From Haliotis cracherodii (Eukaryota): a stretch of DNA of 64,000 nt. The notes below the pieces were generated by a model, which saw only the letters and a list, made by a program, of their open reading frames with translations, was not told the DNA's origin and made no database searches. Below are positions 1-10,934 of this stretch, piece after piece. How positions within the stretch are numbered: the first letter of the stretch is position 1; every line of letters starts with the position of its first letter. The DNA is taken from the NCBI RefSeq assembly GCF_022045235.1, contig NW_027266285.1, positions 3,968,001-4,032,000 of the forward strand, in the 5' to 3' direction. The position numbers and the translations under genes were made by a program.

Positions 1-567
1 CTACACCTCCTAGTCCTACACCTCCTAGTCCTATGCTTCCTAGTCCTACACCTCCTAGTCCTACATCTCCTAGTCCTATGCCTCCTAGTCCTACACCTCC
101 TAGTCCTATGCCTCCTAGTCCTACACCTCCTAGTCCTATGCTTCCCTCCTAGTCCTACGCCTCCTAGTCCTACGCCTCCTAGTCCTACACCTCCTAGTCC
201 TACGCCTCCTAGTCCTACGCCTCCTAGTCCTACACCTCCTAGTCCTACGCCTCCTAGTCCTACGCCTCCTAGTCCTACGCCTCCTAGTCCTACACCTCCT
301 AGTCCTATGCTTCCTAGTCCTACACCTCCTAGTCCTATGCCTCCTAGTCCTACGCCTCCTAGTCCTACACCTCCTAGTCCTATGCCTCCTAGTCCTACGC
401 CTCCTAGTCCTACACCTCCTAGTCCTATGCCTCCTAGTCCTACGCCTCCTAGTCCTACACCTCCTAGTCCTACGCCTCCTAGTCCTACACCTCCTAGTCC
501 TATGCCTCCTAGTCCTACGCCTCCTAGTCCTACGCCTCCTAGTCCTATGCCTCCTAGTCCTATGCCT
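1..567. repeat. 15-bp minisatellite (CCTCCTAGTCCTAYR), ~37 units, runs off left edge
   Basis: Direct tandem periodicity of 15; accounts for the Pro/Ser/Thr ORF at 307-600. Confidence 0.97.
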
Positions 568-584
568 ATCTTGTCATCACCATT

Positions 585-1875
585 ACATTTATTCGGCTAG
601 AGCAGCCGAGGCTATTGCCTTAGCCCACCGTCTGTCTACACAGGGACTATATGATAACAAATGGTGCTCTTTCCAGGCATTCTGCTCCAACAAACCCCAG
701 GATCTGATGGCAGCAACACACGTCGGTTGAAAGGCTCTACCATCTCTTACTTACTTGGTCACCATTAACTCTGTGCTTTCCATCTTGCAAGATCAGAAGA
801 TGACGAAAATGTATGAACTCCAGGCCTTGCTGCGCTTGGTTCGTTCTGAAGATCAGAAAGTGGGATCTGAACATGGTCTTACAGGCTCTTCAGACTGCTC
901 CCTTCAAACCACTCCACTCGTCTTCCTTCCTTCTACAGTGTTTCTACTGGCTTTTGCTACCACTGCCCATGTCCGGTTTGAACGCGGTACTCATGGCGCC
1001 GTTCACCTAGGACTTCATTGCCAAGAATCAACTCCCAGGACAGTCTGATAGAATGTTCGCCATTCCCCCCTCTCGTCTATCGTGGATGCCAATGATAAGG
1101 TGGAGCTTCTATTATGTCCGATACAGTCATTGAAGATTTTCGTACGACAGTCAAAAGCCTGCCACAAGTCAAGGAAACACTTTTTCCTGCTGGTCTTCCC
1201 ATCATCGCAGTCGGAGGTCAGGCGGAATACTATTTCCCTGTAGCTCCAGGCGGTCATCCTACAAGCCTATAAAGCCGCCGGATTGGAAGCCCCAAGGCTA
1301 ACCACCCCCACGACATCAGGCTGGTCACATCTACCATGGCTCTTCATAGTAACTGCTCCATCAAGTTGATCATGGAGGGCTGTTTTTGGCAATCAGACAC
1401 CGTCTTCGCCAGTCACTACCTCCATGACATAGCCTTGGAAGATGTCGCTGGCGTCCACAGCTTTGGTCCCCTGTTGGTAGCACAACAGGTCACCATTCCC
1501 CAATGCCACCGATTCTCTGATACCCAAGCGGGGCCCATCAACCTCTTTGGTGTTTACCACCCCAAATTCCGCATTTGCTCTTAGGTCAGTTCTAGTTTTT
1601 GGCTACCCATCTCATTCTATTACTGCCACCTATTCCGGTTTTCTTTTTGCGTCACCTTTGTTTCCTTCTGACAGGAATGGTTGTGGATGTTCCGGTCATC
1701 ACTTGTATGCGATGCAGCTACCATGGCTACATCGGACCTTGACAAGTGTTTATTATGGATCACATCTGATAAGTGAAATATAGCGTGTGAGATAGGATAA
1801 CCACATAAATATGCAATTTAATGTAAAATTTTAAATTTTAAAACTAAACTATTTCACGCTATGCATTTATCCCAC
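585..1875 (+). mobile_element. DIRS1-type retrotransposon remnant (tyrosine recombinase region plus probable 3' ICR-like region)
   Basis: Frameshifted YR: AIALAHRLSTQGLYDNKW...TVFLLAFAT...HVRFERGTHGAVHLGL...MALHSNCSIKLIMEGCFWQSDTVFASHYLHD. It closely resembles the YR at 41160-41800. Confidence 0.85.
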
Positions 1876-2044
1876 GGATGGTTCGTGGGGCTCAAGATAC
1901 CTAGCCTGTTGAGACATATACGGGGAAGCTGGTGCTAAACAGAGATCCAGTCTCATGTGACTAGGAAGTCACAGGAGCATGCAATTCAGCAAAGGCATAT
2001 ACCCAAAGAATAGATGAGTGAAGGCAGACTGTGGTAGGGAAACT

Positions 2045-4200
2045 ACTGTGGTGGTCGCCATGGAAATGGGCCTGAAGAGTCTCTTGTGGACGTGGTGAAG
2101 TGGCCAAGCAGGCTCAGGTAGATATGGAGCTCTCTAACCAGGCATAAGGAGATGTCTTCATGATCATCTGGGCTCAAGACGGATGCCAACGACAGAATGG
2201 TAAACAAACAGTCAAGCTGCCCCGGGAGCTGATTCTTCACGATGAAGTCAGAATGAAGCCCCAGAAAGACCTTCCCAGTCAGTATTCCCTCAAACTGGAC
2301 CCTGTGAACATAGAGCATGTGGATCTCCCTCATCAGCTGTTGCAAGGGCCAGGAGGAAAAACATCTTGAGGGTGATCAACTCGAAGTCCTTCTCAGCAAG
2401 TGGTTAATGCTCAGCAGAGGTTAAATGGCTGAGGATGACCTTGAGATTCCAAGTGGGATAGGCGTCTTGTAGGTTGAGATTGACCAAGTGGTCTCCCAGA
2501 TGGATATTCGTTCGAAGGAATGTGATGGACGTCATGTGAAAATGCAGCAGATCTTTGAGATATAACAGTCTTCTGCCTACAGGAGTCTCTACAATGGGTA
2601 AGACAGAGAATGGAAGTTCCCAGTCATCCCATAGCTGGTGCGAGGATAATGCACGTTGGAGGACTTGTATCCAGGTTGTCCTTGGCAGCCCCCGACCTCT
2701 CTCACGAAAAGAACTAGTTTTAGATCCAAAAACCTCATGGAGGTCACAATTCTTCTTTTCTTGGTCCTAAAGGTGCTGTCTCTGAAGCCAAAGCAGGTCC
2801 ACGGATATCTGGAGATGTGTCCTGAGTAACATCCTGGGCAACTTCCTGAAACCTGTAGGCAAACAGGTGTCGGGCATCTTCCCGAGGCAAGGGAGTTAAC
2901 TGACCATAAAAGTCCAGTTTCCACCCTTGCCGAACTAGGCTGGTATTATGGAGTTTTGGCTGGACTAACAAGTCTTTGCACAGTCCAATCAAAATGGTGC
3001 AGCAAAATCGAAATCTGGTAAGTAAACTGTTGTGCAGGATTTGCAAAGCATGTGCACCGCTAACTCGTCAACAGATATTTTCCAAGCCTTTTCACGTTTT
3101 TAATCAAGGTGCTCACATGATTTGTGGCACTTCACGAGTTAAGACCCGTGTTATCACAATATAGATCTTGATTATCGATCAGATCGTCTGACTTGGCACC
3201 GCCATTTTGTGTGAAACAAATGCAAGTGAGGTGGAATCTGACTGGTCCATAGGAGAAGCTTATAAGGGACTTAACTCGTAATAATCACTGGTGGCGCTAC
3301 GATTGAGCCCAGGAATTCAAGCCTATTTCGGCAAGGGTGGAAACTGGACTTTTACAGTCAGTTAACTCCCTTGCATCAGGAAGATGGGTGTCGGGTAGAC
3401 CAAGGAACATGGTAAAACCTTGTGTTTAAGTGGTCGTCCCACTGACAGTACTGGAGGACACCATGGTGAAGGAGAGCAGTGATGGTACCAGCATTGTGCG
3501 AGATAAGATCCATGATGCCCATAAGCTCCTCATGAATCAATGCAATGGAACCTCTAATACGGCCCTCGGAAGACTTGGCGTGTGACTCAGATGCAGCGAT
3601 GGCTTCCATTGCCGACAGGATGGTTCAAATCAAAACGGGAGAGTATGTCAGATGATAGTATCTAAGTGGGCAAGTTCTCGATCATCCACAGTTGAAGTAT
3701 TAACAGAGCGCTTGGGGCAGAGAGTCGCAACATCAACATTCAATTCGAGTACCACGGCAGTTGAAGATAAACCATGAGTTGAATTGAGGAGTTTGAAGTC
3801 TATTGAGTAATAGCAAAAGCCTTGTTAAAATTACTAGTGACATGAGACATGAAGGGCCTGGGAGGGAGTGTGATGGCAGAGGAACCGGCACTTGGTACAA
3901 CAAAACACATTAGCTGGTTATCTGCTGAAGTACTGCTCTGTAACTGAAGTCTAAGTTGACAACTCACAGGGTTACAGTGTGTGACCCAATTGTTGGGGCG
4001 GTAACCATGGTGATGCTGAGATGTGTTCAGGCAAAATATTTTTAGAAGCTGGAAACTTTGTTCAAGCATGTTTTGACACTGTTTAAATGTGTGTAAACGT
4101 CTTGATTCTGATGGTTCAAAGACCTTTGTTGCTGTAGCAGACGTCCCCCTGGCACAGAAGGCATTGTCTGTTCATTTACATGATGTAACATGTGTATGCT
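2045..4200 (-). mobile_element. Deleted DIRS1-type remnant, minus strand (gag-like, RT and YR fragments), interrupted by a MITE
   Basis: RT fragment FHMTSITFLRTNIHLGDHLVNLNLQDAY at ~2550-2460; YR fragment FLGLHSDFIVKNQLPGQ...LCLVRELHIYL at 2345-2110. Boundaries are approximate. Confidence 0.75.
2875..3386. mobile_element. MITE, 512 bp, ~65-bp TIRs, 9-bp TSD (Mutator-like by TSD length)
   Basis: TIR CATCTTCC..GCAAGGGAGTTAACTGAC...CCACCCTTGCCGAA at both ends; TSD GGTGTCGGG at 2866-2874 and 3387-3395. Confidence 0.9.
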
Positions 4201-4269
4201 GCCTCCTAGTTATAGTAGTATTGTTTCACACCTCACACGTACTGATACTGTATTTCAGAAATAACTCAC

Positions 4270-4350
4270 CTCTTTGAAAGTCTTTTCCTTTATAAATCCC
4301 CGACAGTCCACCTATTCTGATACCTCCAACCTGGACGATGCCTCCATAAC
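4270..4350 (-). CDS. DBR1: DBR1 coding exon 3 (not in ORF track)
   Basis: Acceptor ttccag|GT; [28 protein letters not shown]; donor G|gtgagt. Confidence 0.94.
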
Positions 4351-7300
4351 CTGGAATCAGATGTTATTAGACAAACATGAAGCAGCATTTCAATGTACGT
4401 GTTCAGTGAGAAACATTCCAAGATGACATTAGCTTGGGCATATTGTCTGTGGGGTTTTGAATGAGGTCACTCAAACAATACTAACTTGGCATCATTTTCA
4501 ATTTAGTTCAGAAGCAGAGACGAATGACTAAATTTGAACATTTACTTTGAGGTTACTTAAAATTGGATATTCATAATATCAGTATACTTATCCTGACACA
4601 ACATATTGCAGTTTCCTTCTTTTTCTTTGATGATATAACAGAGAACCCAAAATGTGCCTCTTCTACATCCGGGCCGCCTGTTGCTTTTGGTTACCAAATC
4701 AGAGCAGTGTAAGAAATAGACATTAGCCTGTAGGCCCAAGGTCGACATATTTGTTCTCCTGCTGATAGTTTTAAATTTTAAAGCACTACGCCCGTTATAA
4801 GGCATTAACTCTTTTAACACCGCAGGGAGCCATACCAGCCACACCGCAGGGAGCTGTACCAGCCACATGGCAGGGAGCTGTACCAGCCACATCACAGGGA
4901 GCTGTACAAGCCACACTGCAGGGCAGGGAGCTGTACCAGCCACACCGCAGGGCAGGGAGCTGTACCAGCCACATCGCAGGGCAGGGGGTGTACCAGCCAC
5001 ATCGCAGGGCAGGGAGCTGTAGCAGCCACACCGCAGGGCAGGGAGTTGTATCAGCCACATCGCAGGGCAGGGAGCTGTACCAGCCACACCGCAGGGCAGG
5101 GAGCTGTATCAGCCACATCGCAGGGCAGGGAGCTATACCAGCCACACCGCAGGGCAGGGAGCTGTATCAGCCACATCGGAGGGCAGGGAGCTGTACCAGC
5201 CACACTGCAGGGCAGGGAGCTGTACCAGCCACACCGCAGGGCAGGGAGCGGTACCAGCCACACTGCAGGGCAGGGAGCTGTACCAGCCACACCGCAGGGC
5301 AGGGAGCGGTACCAGCCACACTGCAGGGCAGGGAGCTGTATCAGCCACACCGCAGGGCAGGAAGCTGTACCAGCCACACCGCAGGGCAGGGAGCTGTACC
5401 AGCCACACCGCAGGGCAGGGAGCTGTATCAGCCACACTGCAGGGCAGGAAGCTGTACCATCCACACCGCAGGGCAGGAAGCTGTACCATCCACACCGCAG
5501 GGCAGGGAGCTGTACCAGCCACACCGCAGGGCAGGAAGCTGTACCAGCCACACCGCAGGGCAGGGAGCTGTACCAGCCACACCGCAGGGCAGGGAGCTGT
5601 ACCAGCCACACCGCAGGGCAGGAAGCTGTATCAGCCACACTGCAGGGCAGGAAGCTGTACCAGCCACACCGCAGGGCAGGGAGCTGTACCAGCCACACCG
5701 CAGGGCAGGAAGCTGTATCAGCCACACTGCAGGGCAGGGAGCTGTACCAGCCACACCGCAGGGCAGGGAGCTGTACCAGCCACACCGCAGGGCAGGGAGC
5801 TGTACCAGCCACATCGCAGGGCAGGAAGCTGTATCAGCCACACTGCAGGGCAGGAAGCTGTACCATCCACACCGCAGGGCAGGAAGCTGTATCAGCCACA
5901 CTGCAGGGCAGGAAGCTGTACCAGCCACACCGCAGGGCAGGGAGCTGTACCAGCCACACCGCAGGGCAGGGAGCTGTATCAGCCACACTGCAGGGCAGGA
6001 AGCTGTACCATCCACACCGCAGGGCAGGAAGCTGTACCATCCACACCGCAGGGCAGGGAGCTGTACCAGCCACACCGCAGGGCAGGAAGCTGTACCAGCC
6101 ACACCGCAGGGCAGGGAGCTGTACCAGCCACACCGCAGGGCAGGGAGCTGTACCAGCCACACCGCAGGGTAGGAAGCTGTATCAGCCACACTGCAGGGCA
6201 GGAAGCTGTACCAGCCACACCGCAGGGCAGGGAGCTGTACCAGCCACACCGCAGGGCAGGAAGCTGTATCAGCCACACTGCAGGGCAGGGAGCTGTACCA
6301 GCCACACCGCAGGGCAGGGAGCTGTACCAGCCACACCGCAGGGCAGGGAGCTGTACCAGCCACATCGCAGGGCAGGAAGCTGTATCAGCCACACTGCAGG
6401 GCAGGAAGCTGTACCATCCACACCGCAGGGCAGGAAGCTGTATCAGCCACACTGCAGGGCAGGAAGCTGTACCAGCCACACTGCAGGGCAGGGAGCTTAC
6501 ACACGAAATCATGTATGCTCTGATTGACAAATCTCATCAACTCACCGTGAACTTGCCTTGAAACAAATACGAGTCGTTAGAGATACAAAGTCTTCGGTCT
6601 TCCTATCAATTTTCTTTTTAAGGTATGATATTGGCCATGACAAGAAGAGCTATTTCCGGCTTATTTAACGAGACGAATACACATGTATTCTTATTCTCTG
6701 CGTATGAAACATTGTCTGTCATACAGTACACAAATACCATCATCATATCTTGTGATGTTTAATAAAAAGATTCATGTTTTCATTGACCAAAATTGCAAAC
6801 AAGCACATAACTAGTGCTGCCATGACCATAACATATGACAAGAGATGCGCAGTACATCAGTGCACATGTAAAGGGAAATAACTGCACGCTATATTGGATT
6901 GTGTTGTTTTTAAGTATTGTAACATTTCACTGCTGGGATCGTTGTGTTCAAGACACAGATTATTTAAGGATTTCGTTTTTTTTTTTAAAAATGGAAATAA
7001 AAACGAAAAGAGAGATGGACTTTGTGAGGATAGGGCAGCGCCTGAGAACCAAGAATATATATTTTTTAAGCCTAATATCATGTATATTCAGATTCATGAA
7101 ACTTATTTCTTATCCTTATTCTTTGCAGTATTGGTAACTAGCACTGGATTTATATCAGGATTAGAGTATGCTCAGCGAGTGCTCTTTTTAGTAAATCTGT
7201 TTCCCCTGTCTCATCCTTACTGTAACATAGAATGCTATGCTTCCTGGTCAAGTACCTGTGCTCCCTCCGAAGTGTTGAGTAGCGAATAATACCAAGAGCC

Positions 7301-10243
7301 CACAAATCACTCAGAATAGTTATTGTGACACTGCGACACAAGGGAAATATCTAGCAAACACTGACAGACCAGTGCTGTTGTGATAGTCTCAAGTCATATT
7401 GTGTATCAACATGAGCGAGACAATCCGTCAAGAGTGTTGTTGAGATATCCTTACTCGCCCAAAGACATGTATTCTGAGATTGAGTCCATCTGTGATACAT
7501 GATGCGGAACAGTCAACAACTGAGCAAATCTGAGTGGCCCAGACTGGTACATCCTCCACAGAGACATCCCTTGGATAATAGTTTTTGAAAGTGCTGTCCA
7601 TAGACCTTGTCACTGCCATAATGGCAAGTCAGGAGTGTCATCACGCCCCAGTACTGATGACACCAGTGATATACTGAAACTTTTATCTACATACCCTAGT
7701 AATGTTTTGTAATGTCTGTTGTTGTTTGCACTCTGCAATATTCCATCTATATGACGGCGGTCTGTAAAATAATCCACGCAATAGGGATACGATGATATGC
7801 ATCAACCAAGTCAGCGAGCCTGACCACCCCATCCCGTTAGTCGCCTCTTTAGACAAGCATTGTCACCTTTTACGGCAAGCATGGATTGACCTATTCTACC
7901 CCGGATCTTCACTGGTTACCTACCCTAGTTGTTGGGCTTTGATGACCAAATCCCATATGAACTCTGGCCTCTGGTCATCTGTCAAACTTTATTGCATCTA
8001 AGGCATGGATTTCCCCAATAAAGATGCAGTAACCAAGGCTATGACAAAAACAGTCTATTGGATCAAAGACAACTCTGTTTGCTGTATCAGTTCGTACGGC
8101 TGTAATACCAGATGCTGTATGAGTAGTCCTATGTCCCAGGACGGAAATCTGAAGCACTCCACAAGGACAATGCACCAAACCTAGCATATCCAATTGTATT
8201 GCAAGAGCGATAACTCTGGCTGTGTTTACAAGCTGTCAAGGTGTCTGTGAAATAGTTTGCTAGCCATACTGAATAAGACATGCTAGATAAAGTTGCTAAA
8301 ATAATGCCGGTAATAAAAATTCCTTGTCAACTGGCTAGGAGTGTATAGGCTTGCACATAGGATACATCTCACCAGTTGACAACTAATAATATTTACTCTG
8401 AGAGGATTTCAATGTTAGATGTAAGAAAATCAACAGGCATCTTCATCTTTGAGTATATATCTGAGCAGAATAGAACTGTCAGTTATATGTAATTTGATTC
8501 AAACAGCCACACTAACTTGCTTCCCACAAAACTCACAATGTAAATTATGTGTGTTCATTCCAAATGTTTGTATGTTTATAGGACACAATATTGTGCCAAT
8601 AAAACCCACTGTACAGAAAGAGGGTGCTACATTATGTCTCCTAAGAGTCAATATTTATGGATGAAAATGTTTTGGACAAACTCAAAGCGACAACTGACTC
8701 TGATTACTGATACTATCTGCAGTTTCTAGATTATGATTTCCTAAATTCTCACCCAAGTAGTAAATGTTTGGTGCCACCCATCCCCCATATGGCAGTTCCT
8801 GGAGGTAGTTGGATGCTTCGTGGTTTCCACCGATAAAAATGGTCAGGACTGGGGCCATCTTCTCTCCAGAATAGTATCTGCAAAGGAGGCATGCATAGAT
8901 GTCTACTTGTACCACTCTAGGGTCTCAAAACTAACTACATAGGTGTTTGCATACAATTGTTGAATCAAGACCTGATTTGTCTCTTATTTTTCATTATTTA
9001 TAATGTCTGCAGGGAGGTAACTTTGAAGATGGGCAGGCAACATTTATGGATCGCCTGATCATCTCTCTTGTTGAGCTTTTAAATCACTTCAAACACTGTT
9101 ATTGATACATGTTTGGGACAGTTTTAGGGCATTCAGGAAAAGGTGAGGATGGGGTTGCTTCCATTTTTGTATGTTGATATTGGTAGGTTAGTATGTTGTT
9201 TAACACTGCCGTCAGCAATATTCCAGCTATATGATGGCGGTCTGTAAATAATAGAGTCTGTACCAGACAATCCAGTGATTGACATCATGAGCATCAATCC
9301 ACGCAATTGGGATACGATGACATGCATCAAATCAAGTCAGCGAGCCTGACCACCCGACCATCTTTGATTCCTTATGTTGTCTAATGTTGGTTGGTTGGTT
9401 TGTTGTTTAACGCCGCACTCAGCAATATTCCAGCTATATGACGGCGGTCTGTAAATAATCGAGTCTGGACCAGACAATCCAGTGATTAATATCATGAGCA
9501 ACGAGCCATGCAATTGGGATCGATGGCATGCATCAACCAAGTCAGCAAGCCTGACCACCTGATCCCATTAGTTGCCTTTTACGACAAGCATAGTCACCTT
9601 TTACGGCAAGCATGGGTTGCTGAAGACCTTTTCTACCCCGGAATCTTCACGGGTCTGTTGTCTAATGTAGTCCTATGCCTCAATCTACCCTAAACACAAG
9701 CAAAAGGTCTATTGGCATCACTTACCATGGTTACAGTTTTGAAGAAAAACATGCCCTATGCAGTAAAACTTAGGAAGAAAAAATTCCATGCTTATATGCA
9801 TTAAAAGTATGAAACAAAGTCCATTGCCAAAGTTATACATGTTATAAGCATTCCCTGTTTACTGACATCACTACTAGTTTGGGAAAACATATTCACAGAG
9901 CAGTATGAATTTGAAACAAAAGTGCTATGCTTATCATGCTAACAGCACAGCTACCTTAAATTAGCGACAAAGTTATAAGCCCTTTGGGAAAAGTATTTGG
10001 AAAAAAACATGCACAATGGTTAATAAACAATTATAGATCTGCTCACTTGTAGAAAGTGTTGAGTCTCTGATATTTTGGTGGAACAGCCATACAGGGAAGG
10101 TCTGCCCTATTCCGTACAGCCTGGAAGTCACCACATATAAGAAGCAGATCAACTGTCATGTTGTTTTTCTTTTCAAGATGCTGGATGGTCTCATAGATCT
10201 TGTCAAGTTCACCATGGCAACAACCCTCCACTGCAATCTTCAT
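4270..10243 (-). CDS. DBR1: RNA lariat debranching enzyme DBR1, 5' part (3 coding exons; gene continues beyond left edge)
   Basis: Exons 10243-10047, 8877-8753 and 4350-4270 join in frame at GT-AG boundaries: [20 protein letters not shown]...[10 protein letters not shown]...MAVPPKY...[72 protein letters not shown]. The GCCHG, GDFQ and GNHE metallophosphoesterase motifs are characteristic of DBR1. Confidence 0.97.
4559..4700 (-). mobile_element. Solo right terminus (ITR plus extension) of the DIRS family seen at 43729-45407
   Basis: ggatattcataatatcagtatacttatcctgacacaaca...cagagaacccaaaatgtgcctcttctaca matches the ICR (45133-45172) and ITRs (43741-43850, 45296-45407) of that element. Confidence 0.75.
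4817..6497. repeat. 29-bp GC-rich minisatellite (GCAGGGCAGGGAGCTGTACCAGCCACACC), ~58 units; first units 24 bp
   Basis: Direct tandem periodicity; lies in the DBR1 intron between coding exons 2 and 3; accounts for all ORFs 4557-6530. Confidence 0.97.
7718..7915 (-). mobile_element. SINE-like element, internally deleted copy (family of 9389-9656)
   Basis: Shares gacggcggtctgtaaa, caagtcagcgagcctgaccacc, gtcaccttttacggcaagcatgg and accccggatcttcac with 9389-9656. Confidence 0.8.
8753..8877 (-). CDS. DBR1: DBR1 coding exon 2
   Basis: Acceptor ttgcag|A; YYSGEK...[27 protein letters not shown]; donor G|gtgaga. Confidence 0.96.
9181..9360 (-). mobile_element. SINE-like element, 5'-truncated copy
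   Basis: Homologous to 9389-9560; lies in tandem next to the full copy. Confidence 0.8.
9389..9656 (-). mobile_element. SINE-like non-LTR element with (CAAC)n tail and no obvious tRNA head
   Basis: 13-bp TSD TGTTGTCTAATGT on both sides; 3' end gctggaatattgctgagtgcggcgttaaac is shared with the tRNA-SINEs in this window. Confidence 0.88.
10047..10243 (-). CDS. DBR1: DBR1 coding exon 1
   Basis: ATG at 10243; [15 protein letters not shown]...LNTFY; donor AA|gtgagc (phase 2). Confidence 0.96.
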
Positions 10244-10643
10244 TTTGATTTTGAGAGATTCACTACCAGTCACTACTGAAACATGATGTGATATATATCT
10301 ACTGTTAAAACTGGTCACCAAGTCAACAGGTCAAGAGACATACACTGGATACCTACACCTATTAGGTCTTCAAGGATTGCTGAAGTGGGGATCAAGCTGC
10401 CTTTTGAGGCATCACTATAGGGCCTCTTTAATACTATGCTACTAGGTAGGTTGGCCGACTAGGCCTACACCCATGAACACACGAACTTTGTGACAAAGCA
10501 ACATGTAATGTTTATCGTGCATTTGCACTGCTGACGTTACTATCTTTCTAGTCTAAATATAAAACACAAATTGGAACAGCATATTCCATAGTGTAGTTAG
10601 GATAATTTCACTACAAAATTACATCAACTTCTTACGAACGAAC

Positions 10644-10916
10644 CTTCTACTTTTCAAAATCCAGAAGCCATGTTCACCGGATATAGACGCACGTGCGTGT
10701 TTTTGCGACATTTATTTTCATTTTTAAATATGATAAAGAAAAGTTCTGACATTATTGATAACTTACTGCAGAGAGTGTTAAATAATATATATGTTTATAT
10801 AATAATGAAAACCAATATATGTCTTTTATTTTTGTTTGCGACAATCATAAATAGGATCTTTGATAAGGATCAACAAGAATCAAGACAGAGCAAACAAATT
10901 GTAGCGAACATCGAAC
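10644..10916. promoter_or_regulatory. Putative bidirectional promoter DBR1/ARMC8, with probable non-coding first exon of DBR1
   Basis: Divergent ATGs are 674 bp apart. Minus strand has AACATGGC at ~10674-10667 followed by candidate donors (AAG|gttcgt at 10643, or gtaaga at 10635) and a candidate acceptor near 10380. There is a perfect 12-bp palindrome ACGCACGTGCGT (E-box core) at 10687-10698. TSSs are inferred, not observed. Confidence 0.6.
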
Positions 10917-10934
10917 ATGATCCCTTCAAACATG
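10917..10934 (+). CDS. ARMC8: ARMC8 exon 1 (putative; MIPSNM)
   Basis: aacATG ATC CCT TCA AAC ATG|gtagat; phase 0 matches exon 2. It is short, so the assignment is inferred from position and phase. Confidence 0.65.

Noticed and set aside
307-600. Extensin-like Pro-rich ORF
   Set aside because: Translation of a 15-bp minisatellite inside a DBR1 intron; the frame is broken upstream and there is no gene structure.
4557-6530. Long ORFs of 108-493 aa on both strands
   Set aside because: Open in most frames because the 29-bp unit lacks stops; intronic.
7640-7690. Hammerhead-like core CTGATGA...GAAAC
   Set aside because: Stems I and III and a correctly placed NUH cleavage triplet cannot be formed.
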